Below are positions 29,133 to 37,993 of a stretch of 38,693 nucleotides of DNA, one piece after another (positions within the stretch are counted from its first letter, which is position 1; each line of letters opens with the position of its first letter). The position numbers and the translations under genes were made by a program. Under the pieces are notes generated by a model. That model was not told the origin of the DNA. It saw nothing but the letters and a program-made list of their open reading frames with translations, and did no database searches. Origin of the DNA: Candidatus Zipacnadia bacterium (GTDB taxonomy: Bacteria; Armatimonadota; Zipacnadia; Zipacnadales; Zipacnadaceae). The stretch is from NCBI GenBank assembly GCA_029821215.1, contig JALGTV010000001.1, forward strand, positions 1-38,693. The letters run 5' to 3'.

Positions 29133-30368
29133 TCAATCTAATATGACTCCGGCGGGTACTACGGTAATACCTTCCTCGGTGACCACAAACTTCTTTTTGT
29201 CAGCCTCGGGGTCAAGGCCAATATGGTAGCCGGGAGGGATGGTGACGCCTTCATCCACGATTACCTTTTGCAGTCGCGCTCCAGAACCGACCTGCACTTC
29301 GTCCATGAGAATTGACTGGGCAACCTGGGCATCTTCGGCGACGTAGACACCGGGGGATAGTACACAGTGACTGACGGTGGCGGCTGAGATTATGCAGCCG
29401 GGTGCCACCAGGCTATCGTTTAAGCTGGTCTGCTGACCGTGGACGATTTTGGCGGGCGGGTGGTAGCCCTGATCACCGTAGATGGGCCAGGCGGAGTCGT
29501 ACATATCCAGTTTGGGCAGCGGACTGGTCAGGTCCATATTGGCTCTCCAGTAGACATCCAGGGAGCCGATGTCGCGCCAATAGGCGGGCTGGTCAGTATC
29601 TGGATCGGAGAAGCAATAAGCATAAGCGGCCAGACCCTGGTCAACCATTTTCGGAACTATGTCTCTGCCGAAATCATGAGTGCTGTCGGCAGTGGCGTCC
29701 TCGGCGACCTGGCGAGCCAGGACCTCGGTATTCCACAGATATACACCCATTGAAGCCAGGCAGTATTCCTCATTGCCGGGCATGGGGTGAGGGTCAGCGG
29801 GTTTCTCCACAAATCCGGTGATTCGCCCCTCCTCATCACACTCAACCACACCCAGTTGAGTGCAGCGCTGCCGGGGCAGGGGCAGACAAGCCAGGGTAAG
29901 GTCGGCCTGGTTGGTTTCGTGAAAGGCTAACAGGCGGCGATAATTCATTTTGTAAACGTGGTCGCCCGAGAGCAGAAACACCCGGGCGGGGCGTTCTTCC
30001 TGCAACAGGAACAGATTCTGATAGATAGCATCAGCCGTACCCCCATACCAGCGCTCGGCAAAAATCTTCTGGGGGGGGATAGTATCAATGAATTCTCCCA
30101 GGGGTTCAGCGAACATATCCAACCAGCCGCGACGGATATGGCGGTGTAGGGAGCTGGCGGCATATTGAGTAAGCAGGTGAATGCGCTTCAGATTGGAGTT
30201 GACGCAGTTACTAAGCGTAAAGTCAATCATGCGGTAAGTGCCGCCGAACCGCACCGCCGGTTTGGCACGGCGGCGGGTAAGCGGATAAAGACGCTGGCCC
30301 TGACCGCCGGCGAGAATCATGACTACTGATTGTCTGATGAGCTTGGCCAGCTCTTCTGATTCGCTCAT
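29133..30368 (-). CDS. glgC: glucose-1-phosphate adenylyltransferase
   Basis: 411 aa with LAGGQGQRLYPLTRRRAKPAV and a C-terminal left-handed beta-helix region. The start is only 2 nt after the stop of the receiver gene. Confidence 0.93.
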   Translation of the reverse strand: MSESEELAKLIRQSVVMILAGGQGQRLYPLTRRRAKPAVRFGGTYRMIDFTLSNCVNSNLKRIHLLTQYAASSLHRHIRRGWLDMFAEPLGEFIDTIPPQKIFAERWYGGTADAIYQNLFLLQEERPARVFLLSGDHVYKMNYRRLLAFHETNQADLTLACLPLPRQRCTQLGVVECDEEGRITGFVEKPADPHPMPGNEEYCLASMGVYLWNTEVLARQVAEDATADSTHDFGRDIVPKMVDQGLAAYAYCFSDPDTDQPAYWRDIGSLDVYWRANMDLTSPLPKLDMYDSAWPIYGDQGYHPPAKIVHGQQTSLNDSLVAPGCIISAATVSHCVLSPGVYVAEDAQVAQSILMDEVQVGSGARLQKVIVDEGVTIPPGYHIGLDPEADKKKFVVTEEGITVVPAGVILD

Positions 30369-30370
30369 AC

Positions 30371-30763
30371 CTACTCTGTATCTGGCTTGATCTCAGATTG
30401 GGCCGCATCCCGCTGCTGGAGCGCTTCTTTGACGCGCTGTTTGAGGGTGGTCAGGTCAGATGACTTAGTGACATAGGCATCCGCAGCCCAGGTCATAAAG
30501 TCGTCTTTGTAGCTGGAGTAGGCAGTGTTGAGAATGACAGGGAGCTGCCGGTTTCTATCCAGAATCCGACCGAGGGCCTCAATGCCATCCATACCGGGCA
30601 TGGCAATGTCCAACACCACCACGTCAACGCCTTGGTCGGTCACGGTAGCTATAGCCTCCTCCCCACTGCTGGCCAGCAGTACCTGGTAGCCTTCCTCCTG
30701 GAACTCCTCTTCGTACAGCAGTCGCTGATGCTCATCATCATCAACTATCAGCACTGTTGCCAT
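30371..30763 (-). CDS. stand-alone response-regulator receiver (CheY-like, no output domain)
   Basis: 130 aa with acidic pocket VDDDE, phospho-acceptor context VVVLDIAMPGMDG and conserved Lys (YVTKSSD). AAGGAGG lies 7 nt upstream. Confidence 0.9.
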   Translation of the reverse strand: MATVLIVDDDEHQRLLYEEEFQEEGYQVLLASSGEEAIATVTDQGVDVVVLDIAMPGMDGIEALGRILDRNRQLPVILNTAYSSYKDDFMTWAADAYVTKSSDLTTLKQRVKEALQQRDAAQSEIKPDTE

Positions 30764-30811
30764 CGAAATGCCTCCTTTCAGGTAATGGTCTGGACGACTT
30801 AGGTGCTCACA

Positions 30812-32542
30812 TCACTGTTTATTCTCGGTAGGTATCGGGAAAGTGATAACAAAGGTACTACCCTCACCAGGTTGACTATGGACATGCAACTCACCGCCGT
30901 GCTCGCGGACGATGCCCTGGGTCAAGGTGAGTCCGAGACCGGTGCCGGTCCGCTTGGTGGTAAAAAAGGTATCAAAGATTTGATTAATGTGTTCTTCCGG
31001 GATGCCCTCACCAGTATCGGTTATTCGTATTTCTATTCCATCATCGCTTCGTTGAGCGCCAATGTACAGCTCGCCTCCGTCAAGCATAGCTTCCAGGGAG
31101 TTTCTGGTTAGATTCAAGATTACCTGATGCAACTGATTTTCATCCAAGTAGATTTCAGGTAGTCCCGCCGGGATGTCAATGTGCACCACTACGTCATAGG
31201 CCTCAGCGTCCTGGCGAACAATTTCGCCAATGTTTTCTATCAATGGTTTGACATCATGTAGGACGAGGTCGGGCTTGGCCGGCTGGGTGAAATCCAATAG
31301 GTTCTGCAAAATGGCTTCTAAACGCTGGACTTCTTCGATAATAATGTCGGCATCCCGTTTGATACGCTGGGCATTGTCGGGGTGACGGCTGATAGCCCGA
31401 GCAAAGCCGCCGATAGTAGTCAGAGGATTGCGGATTTCATGGGCGACAACCGCGGTAACTTGACCAATAGTGCTGAGCTTTTCGGCGCGGACCACCTCCT
31501 GCTGGGCCGCTTCCAATTGGCGGTAAGCGCTATCCAGTTCTTCCACGCGGCGGCGCAGTTCCTCATAAGTATGGGCGCTATCAATGGCCAGGGCGGCGTG
31601 GTTAGCCAGACCCGTCAGCAGTTGGACATCAGGCTCGGATATAGGTTGGCCGGTAATGGCGTTGCAGGCGATGATGGCCCCGATGGCTTTATCCTTGACT
31701 ACCAGCGGCGCTACCACGAACTCCTCGCTTCCCATCAATTGGCACAGCTTTTGGGCTGTCCGCTGATCACTATCGGTGGGTTTGACATGCACGGTTTGTC
31801 GGGCAGCTATGGCGCTCATGGGCAGGATGTCGGTCTCATCCATAGGGAAAACAAGCTGTTGGACCAGATTGTGCAGCGGTCTTTCGGAGGGCGGGGGCAG
31901 GCTGTCATAGTCAGCCAAAAAGTCCTCAAGGGTATAATGGCGCTGGGCAATATCCGCCCAGATTTGCCCGGCCTGCTCCGCACTCTCGGGCCCTACGGCC
32001 ATCTCCGCCCGCAGCATCTGCTCCTCTTCGTCAATCAGCAGTAATATGGCCCGATTAAAACCCAGGCCGGCCGCACCGCCAGCGGTCAACCCGGTTAGAA
32101 TCGCATGGAGTAGACGGGGTAACTCGACGATACCTAACATGGCCTGGGTTATCTGCTGAAGAATACGCTGTTGGTACACCTGACGGTGGCGGTCAGTGAC
32201 ATCCTCAATAGTCAGTAGTAAGTGAGGCGGATCGTGTGAGGAACAGCGGTCCAAGCGAATATCAATTATTCTCTCAGTATGGTCGGCAGTTGGCTGGCGA
32301 TACCCGGACCACCTAACCCGCTGGCCGGTGCGGAGGGTGGCGTGCATAGCCTCGGCCAGGCCAGCCTCCTTTAGAATGGTATCAGGAAATACCTGGGCAA
32401 TATTTTTGCCGATTACTTCCTCGGCGGGCAGGCCGCGCAATTGGCAGTAGGCTGCATTGGCGTAGACGATGTTCAGGTCAGTGTCCAACACTAACAGCCT
32501 GATGGGCAGTTCGGAGAGCACACATTCCCAAAAGGTCGGCAT
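30812..32542 (-). CDS. soluble sensor histidine kinase (PAS, GAF, HisKA, HATPase_c)
   Basis: 576 aa with no TM segment. N-terminal PAS (LLVLDTDLNIVYANAAYCQLRGL) and a GAF-like middle. H-box VAHEIRNPLTTIGGFA, G-boxes DTGEGIP and GTGLGL. Confidence 0.9.
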   Translation of the reverse strand: MPTFWECVLSELPIRLLVLDTDLNIVYANAAYCQLRGLPAEEVIGKNIAQVFPDTILKEAGLAEAMHATLRTGQRVRWSGYRQPTADHTERIIDIRLDRCSSHDPPHLLLTIEDVTDRHRQVYQQRILQQITQAMLGIVELPRLLHAILTGLTAGGAAGLGFNRAILLLIDEEEQMLRAEMAVGPESAEQAGQIWADIAQRHYTLEDFLADYDSLPPPSERPLHNLVQQLVFPMDETDILPMSAIAARQTVHVKPTDSDQRTAQKLCQLMGSEEFVVAPLVVKDKAIGAIIACNAITGQPISEPDVQLLTGLANHAALAIDSAHTYEELRRRVEELDSAYRQLEAAQQEVVRAEKLSTIGQVTAVVAHEIRNPLTTIGGFARAISRHPDNAQRIKRDADIIIEEVQRLEAILQNLLDFTQPAKPDLVLHDVKPLIENIGEIVRQDAEAYDVVVHIDIPAGLPEIYLDENQLHQVILNLTRNSLEAMLDGGELYIGAQRSDDGIEIRITDTGEGIPEEHINQIFDTFFTTKRTGTGLGLTLTQGIVREHGGELHVHSQPGEGSTFVITFPIPTENKQ

Positions 32543-32573
32543 CTTTGCCTCTTTCCTATCTCAGCGCAGCCGG

Positions 32574-33599
32574 CTATCCGTTATCGTTGCGCAGGTACTC
32601 GGCAGCATCTTCAGGGGATACCGGGTTGATGTAAAAGCCGGTTCCCCACTCAAACCCCGCCACTTTGGTCAATCGCGGCATTATCTCTATGTGCCAGTGA
32701 TAGTCGTACTTAATGCTACTCCAGTAATCCGCATGGCCGGGACGAGGAAGGATATTAGGAGATGTCTGGACCATCATATTATAAGCAGGATCGCCCAACA
32801 CGGTCTTGTACTTGGTCAGGATAAAGTGCAGCGCGTCGGCGAGCAACAGACACTGCTCATCACTCATAAGTGTGAAGTCGTAGCTATGCTGGAGCGGATA
32901 AATGGTCACCGAGAAGGGAAATCGTGCCGCGTAGGGCGAGAGGATGATGAACTGGTCGTTTTGGTAGATGAGTCGGTCAGGCAGAGCCAGTTCCTGCTCA
33001 ATCAAATCGCAGAATATGCAGCGCTCCTTTTGGCGATAGTGGTTACGGGCAGATTGCAGCTTGTCTCTAACAATCTTGGGTACAATGGGCAGGGCAATTA
33101 GCTGGGAGTGGGGATGAGTTAGCGAGGCACCAGCGGCCGCGCCATAGTTGCGGAATATCATTATATGGCGAAATCGCTTGTCACGGCGCAGGTCACAAGT
33201 GCGCTGTTCAAAGGCAGTCAAGATGTCTACTATCTGCTCTAGGGGAACGTCGGCTATATCGGCGTTGTGGTCGGGAGCTTCAATGATTACTTCGTGAGCT
33301 CCCACGCCATTCATGTGATCAAATAAGCCGATACCTGAGCGCATCACTTCCCCCTCTATGGCCAGGGCCGGAAACTTGTTGGGGACCACCCGTACCCGCC
33401 AGCCGGGGGTGTTGGGCGGGGTGCCATCGCGGATAGCAAAGACCTCCGGCGGGGTTTTATCTTCATTGCCTTCGCATAGCGGACATCCCACGGGGCTGGT
33501 GGGCTGTGGAGCGGGTTTGAAGTCCGAGGGCCGCTGCCCGCGTTCGGCGGCGATGATTACCCACCGGTCCACAATAGGATCTTTACGTAGTTCCGACAT
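32574..33599 (-). CDS. GalT-family HIT nucleotidyltransferase (galactose-1-phosphate uridylyltransferase-like or ADP-glucose phosphorylase-like)
   Basis: 341 aa with Zn motif CPLCEGNE, VVPNKFPAL and active-site HPHSQ (H-x-H-x-Q). GGAGGTGG lies upstream. First gene of the minus-strand operon. Confidence 0.85.
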   Translation of the reverse strand: MSELRKDPIVDRWVIIAAERGQRPSDFKPAPQPTSPVGCPLCEGNEDKTPPEVFAIRDGTPPNTPGWRVRVVPNKFPALAIEGEVMRSGIGLFDHMNGVGAHEVIIEAPDHNADIADVPLEQIVDILTAFEQRTCDLRRDKRFRHIMIFRNYGAAAGASLTHPHSQLIALPIVPKIVRDKLQSARNHYRQKERCIFCDLIEQELALPDRLIYQNDQFIILSPYAARFPFSVTIYPLQHSYDFTLMSDEQCLLLADALHFILTKYKTVLGDPAYNMMVQTSPNILPRPGHADYWSSIKYDYHWHIEIMPRLTKVAGFEWGTGFYINPVSPEDAAEYLRNDNG

Positions 33600-33804
33600 G
33601 CGTCCACCTCCAATGGATACCTGGGGACAGGGTAGGTACGGTTGCTCTCAATTCAGCAAGACGATAGTCACAGTCTCAAGATACCAACACCAGCGGCGCA
33701 CATATCGCTTTGCCTTGACAGTATCCTTACGCGATATATTTCGGCATTTGGGCTACAATTCCTTTACTCCCGCAGCAATTTATGTGCCTAATATGAGGTC
33801 GGTC

Positions 33805-33834
33805 TTGGTATGGAGGGCAGCGCAGTGGTATAAT
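33805..33834 (+). promoter_or_regulatory. candidate promoter of the 33879-37409 cluster
   Basis: TTGGTA (33805-33810), 18 nt, TATAAT (33829-33834), with TG two nt upstream of the -10. It lies 44 nt before the ATG at 33879. Confidence 0.4.
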
Positions 33835-33878
33835 GAGAAGTAGCATTCGGTTTAACATCAATTCACATAATTATATGC

Positions 33879-34727
33879 ATGGGTAATAATCACGGTCGTA
33901 ACAACGTACTGTATAGGCAATGCCGGGCAGGTGATGCTGAGGCCCTGGTAGCATTTGTTTATCAGATCAGCGATGAACTGTATGCCGCCGCCCGACAGGT
34001 CACGGGCAACGACCGTCAAGCGAGCGAGGTTGTCAGCCAGACGTGGGATCAGTTACTTCAGGCGCTGAAAAGGTGGAGATTTGGCGGGCATCTACGCGCC
34101 CGGACTTTCCATATATTGCAGCGGATTCTTACCTCTACGGTGGGGCCTGGAGTTGCCCAGCAAGCAGTAGACTCAGTACAGTCAGCGTCGGTGGCGACAG
34201 CAGAAGCTGGTGTCGTGGCTCCGGAGGAGCTGGTCGCCGAGCTGGTGGACGAAACCCAGAAGCAGGCGCCTAATATTGCCCGGGCGGCGCGGGCTCGGCG
34301 GCGCCGAACGCGGGTGGCGCTGGCCGCATCTGGGTTGCTGGCCGCAGCCATTATCAGTGTGGGCGTTGGCCTATATGGGCAGTTGCTGCAGGCCAATAGT
34401 CCCCAGGTGCGATTTGAGTGCCTGCAACAGCGCATTAGTGAGGACCATCTGGTGGCGGCGCTACGCGATGCCAGTGCCCAACTGGCCTATGCCGAAGGTG
34501 GAGAGGAGCTGCAAGCCCAGGCCTACCACCGCACGGGACTGGTGTTAGAAGAAATTATTAACGCGGCGGGGCTGGCCGACCTGAACCACCTGTACTACAT
34601 CAAGCAGCGAATAGACAGTGAAGAGCTGACCGAGGCTATCCGAGCAGCCGCCTGGGATAGCTCCGGCCCTACTCGCCAGGACCTTATGCACATCGCGTTG
34701 GTGCTGGAGGAGGTGGAGAACTGGTGA
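33879..34727 (+). CDS. membrane-anchored protein with N-terminal sigma-70 region-2-like segment, no region 4
   Basis: 282 aa. Residues ~15-85 (GDAEALVAFVYQISDELYAAARQVTGNDRQASEVVSQTWDQLLQALKRW...FHILQRIL) follow the ECF sigma region-2 pattern. An Arg-rich stop-transfer plus TM (RRRRTRVALAASGLLAAAIISVGVGLY) comes next, then a ~115-aa helical domain. No HTH or region 4 was seen. Confidence 0.45.
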   Translation: MGNNHGRNNVLYRQCRAGDAEALVAFVYQISDELYAAARQVTGNDRQASEVVSQTWDQLLQALKRWRFGGHLRARTFHILQRILTSTVGPGVAQQAVDSVQSASVATAEAGVVAPEELVAELVDETQKQAPNIARAARARRRRTRVALAASGLLAAAIISVGVGLYGQLLQANSPQVRFECLQQRISEDHLVAALRDASAQLAYAEGGEELQAQAYHRTGLVLEEIINAAGLADLNHLYYIKQRIDSEELTEAIRAAAWDSSGPTRQDLMHIALVLEEVENW

Positions 34728-36544
34728 GAAACCAGCGTCCGGATACCTCTGACCCTCTAAGGCGGGTTAGCCCGGTTGACTTGATAGTTGCTGTGGCCGT
34801 GGTAGTGTGTGTATTGGGCTGCACGACCCGGGCCCAGCGATTATATCGCCGGGCAGAAGCGTTCTTAGCCCAGGACCAATGTCAGTTAGCTGCGGTGGAG
34901 TATAATCGCATCGTGAAAGATAGCCCCCAGGATCCGCTGGCTGATGATGCCTTATACAAACTTGCCTATCTATACCGTGAAGAACTGGACAACTCGACAG
35001 CAGCTCTGCAAAGCTACCGGTATCTGGCAGATAACTACCCTGACAGTAGCTTCGCGGATGATGCCCTATTATGGATAGTCTACATGGGGCGGCGTGATCT
35101 GCATAGTCCTGATGTGGTGGTTTCGGCCTGTCGGGAAATTGACCAGCGGTTTGCCGATGATTCGCGCCTGCGCGCCCAGGCGTGGCTGGAGGCGGCTCGT
35201 GCATACCGGGATGCTGGGCAGCTACAAGAGGCGCGGCGGCGGTGCGAAGCCATTATTGAGGATTTTGGGGATGAACAAGCGGTTGCCGCCGCCGCGAGCC
35301 TGATGGTGGCTGATATTGCCCGGGAGCAGTCCACTGATCCGCAGATGGTGGTTGCACTTTATGAGCAAGTAATCAAGCAGTATCCTCAGACACGGGCGGC
35401 AGCTAAGGCGCGGCAAGCCGCCGGCTGGGTATATTACGGTGTGAAAGCCAAAAGTGATGAGCAGCGGTTGGCCCAACAACGCCGACAGGCCCAGGTGCTT
35501 GAGGGTGTGCCTCCCATTGATTCCTATCCTAATCGGCCAGCTATTGAACTGCTATCGGCCATGCAGTCTCTGCTTCAACAGGCCGGTGCTCCCACTTCGC
35601 TGGACGAGTTAATGGTGCTCTCGGGGTTAGCCTTTGGTTTCTGTTGCGATCTGGACCACCCGGAAGGCATTGACCGCTTCTATCGTAATCCGCTAACCCT
35701 GTTGGCCGAGGAAATGGGCTTCGGCTATAATCTGTGGGGCTTTGCCGAGACGTCAAATGCACTGGCGGCGGTTACTAAAAGCCTGCAAAGCAGCCGCCCG
35801 TTGCTAATAAGCTATGGCAAGCCACAACCCCGACCCGCCCTGATAATCGGTTATAAGCCAGCGGACAAGGAATTGCACTTAACACTGCCCGGCCGCGGCA
35901 GTGTGGTCGTCAGTGAAGAGGCGTTCGCCGAGCAATGGAAGACCGCCCAATTCCCCCGACTGTGGACTCCACCACCGGAGACAGGCTGTCAATTCTCACT
36001 GACTACCTGCCGCGAGCAGTCCTCGGAAACTGCCAGAATCAAGAGTGCTGCCTTGCGAGCGGCTCTGGCTCTGGATCAGCCCAAACTGATGGGGGCGCCG
36101 GCGGGGCGGGCGGGCTACGAAGCATTCCTGAGTCATATCCGCAACTGCCTGCCCTCAGAAGCGACTGCGGCGCGGCAGCAACTAAGCCAGTGGACTGGTG
36201 TTGTGATCCCCAGAATCACCTTTGCCCGCCGAGCCGCCGCCCAGTACCTGAGCCGGTTTCCGGCCAGCCTGCGCGGGCCGGCCCGGCTCTCCCTGGCGGC
36301 TGCCAGTGACAGTTATAACGACCTGGTCCAGCGTTGGGGCCAGCTTGGTGAAGAAATTGAGAAGGCCACCGAGCAGCCGCGCTCGCCGGTGTCATCATCG
36401 GCTTCACCCCAACAAGATGAGATCTGGAGGCAAATACTCCAGGAGGCCGAAACTATTTGCAACCAGGAGCAGCAAACACTGCAGGATTTGGCAGCAGCGT
36501 TACGGGATATTGAAACGGGGATAGTAACCGAGCCAGGGGGGTAG
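34724..36544 (+). CDS. lipoprotein with N-terminal TPR (BamD/YbgF-like) repeats and a C-terminal globular domain of unknown function
   Basis: 606 aa. The GTG start overlaps the upstream stop (GTGA) and is preceded by GGAGGAGGTGGAG. Lipobox VLGC follows a hydrophobic leader. TPR-like motifs include DDALYKLAYLY and YPDSSFADDALLWI. The C-terminal ~300 aa vaguely resemble BtrH_N/DUF4872 (papain-like fold), which is a tentative assignment. Confidence 0.55.
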   Translation: MRNQRPDTSDPLRRVSPVDLIVAVAVVVCVLGCTTRAQRLYRRAEAFLAQDQCQLAAVEYNRIVKDSPQDPLADDALYKLAYLYREELDNSTAALQSYRYLADNYPDSSFADDALLWIVYMGRRDLHSPDVVVSACREIDQRFADDSRLRAQAWLEAARAYRDAGQLQEARRRCEAIIEDFGDEQAVAAAASLMVADIAREQSTDPQMVVALYEQVIKQYPQTRAAAKARQAAGWVYYGVKAKSDEQRLAQQRRQAQVLEGVPPIDSYPNRPAIELLSAMQSLLQQAGAPTSLDELMVLSGLAFGFCCDLDHPEGIDRFYRNPLTLLAEEMGFGYNLWGFAETSNALAAVTKSLQSSRPLLISYGKPQPRPALIIGYKPADKELHLTLPGRGSVVVSEEAFAEQWKTAQFPRLWTPPPETGCQFSLTTCREQSSETARIKSAALRAALALDQPKLMGAPAGRAGYEAFLSHIRNCLPSEATAARQQLSQWTGVVIPRITFARRAAAQYLSRFPASLRGPARLSLAAASDSYNDLVQRWGQLGEEIEKATEQPRSPVSSSASPQQDEIWRQILQEAETICNQEQQTLQDLAAALRDIETGIVTEPGG

Positions 36545-36581
36545 TTGAGGCACGGGAGGGTAGTGGGGACCTTAGCTGACA

Positions 36582-37409
36582 ATGCTTCTATCGCGCGAAA
36601 TCCGCAGAAAAATAGCCGCACTTGGCCATGCTCACCCCGAAGCGGAGGTGGATGCAGAGGAGGAGACGGGTAGCCAGCCCCCGCAGCCGGTCCAGGTGGT
36701 CACCGCCCGCCGCCAGTTGCCTCCGGGCGGGGAACTGAGCGGCGAACTGGGACCATATTTTAGCGCCCGCTTTAAGCCCTGCTGGACGGGAAAGTGGGCC
36801 ACGCAGGTGGCGTCCGCGGCCCTGAGGGCACTAACCGAGCAGCTCCCACTCCTGTTTGCTGAGCGTCATCAGGTGGCATTTATAGACATTGAAACGACCG
36901 GCCTGTCCTCCATGCCCCTATTTCTGGTGGGGGTGCTGCATGTTGGGACTGACGGGGCGCATATCCACCAATTTCTGGCCCGCGATTATACCGAAGAGGC
37001 GGCGGTGCTGGCCGCGACGGCTGACCTACTCAGCCTCACACAGCTTCTGGTCAGCTTCAATGGCCGCTCCTTTGACATACCCTACATTCACAATCGCCTC
37101 CGTTACCATCGCCTCGCCCAGGCCATAGAGGTAGCCCACCACTGGGATGTTCTGCTGACGGCGCGGCGGCTGCTGAAGACCGGTGTACCTGACCGCTGCC
37201 TGCAAACCCTGGAACTGCACCTGTGTGGCCGCCAGCGGGGCGATGACATCCCCAGCCATCTGATACCCCGGGCCTATCATGATTATGTAGCCAGTGGTGA
37301 TGACAGCCAGGTGGCTGTTATCCTGTATCACAATCAAGTTGACCTGCTTACCACCGCCGAATTAGCCGCCCGCTGGGCCGAGCACGCGCCGGTGCCGGCT
37401 GCGAAGTAA
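36582..37409 (+). CDS. RNase H-like (YprB-type, DEDD) exonuclease-domain protein
   Basis: 275 aa with Exo motifs FIDIETTGL, SFNGRSFDIPYI and YHNQVDLLT. The ~100-aa N-terminal extension has no recognisable motif. Confidence 0.65.
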   Translation: MLLSREIRRKIAALGHAHPEAEVDAEEETGSQPPQPVQVVTARRQLPPGGELSGELGPYFSARFKPCWTGKWATQVASAALRALTEQLPLLFAERHQVAFIDIETTGLSSMPLFLVGVLHVGTDGAHIHQFLARDYTEEAAVLAATADLLSLTQLLVSFNGRSFDIPYIHNRLRYHRLAQAIEVAHHWDVLLTARRLLKTGVPDRCLQTLELHLCGRQRGDDIPSHLIPRAYHDYVASGDDSQVAVILYHNQVDLLTTAELAARWAEHAPVPAAK

Positions 37410-37544
37410 CGGACTCTCCAATTAAAGTGATCTCGCGGGGACAGAAGCGATTCGGAGGGGCCGCCTGGAGCGTAGACTTCGGCGAGCTCAGTTCGAGCCG
37501 CGAGGTTGGCCCATACATGGTTCGGCAAAAGGAGGCATTGAGCG

Positions 37545-37718
37545 ATGAAAGTGGCAATCATTGGTGCTGGGCATTGGCATGTCTCAGTCTACTATGTGCC
37601 GGCCTTGAAGAAGCTGGATGTGGATATGGTGGCTACCCTGCGGGTAATGAACGCGGCTTTACGGTCCGCCCAGACTGGCCAGCCGGTGCGGATGGACAGT
37701 GAGGATGAAGATAACTGA
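37545..37718 (+). pseudogene. remnant of a Gfo/Idh/MocA oxidoreductase (N-terminal ~30 aa fused in frame to C-terminal ~25 aa)
   Basis: 57-codon ORF, below the track cut-off: MKVAIIGAGHWHVSVYYVPALKKLDVDMVA + TLRVMNAALRSAQTGQPVRMDSEDEDN. This is the Rossmann start plus the typical family C-terminus, with the ~300 aa in between missing. AAGGAGG (37529-37535) lies 9 nt upstream. Confidence 0.5.
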
Positions 37719-37993
37719 ATCGGCGACTCCCAGGCTGCTACCCCTATATGCCCAACCACAGCCCGTTTCCCCTCCCGCCCTCAGCAAGAAGGAATAAATT
37801 GGGTCATCACAGAAATGTTAACCGATAGCGGGGAAGCGAGTGGAGTGATGCTCGTAGCCATGGCAGAGAGGACAGTGGTGGATTGGATTAGGGTACGCTG
37901 AAAAGAAGGTCATTTCCTGTTGATTTGCGAGGCGAGGTATCAGTGACTATCTGTGAACGTTGTGGAGGAGCTGATCCCCATAAATGCTTTTCT

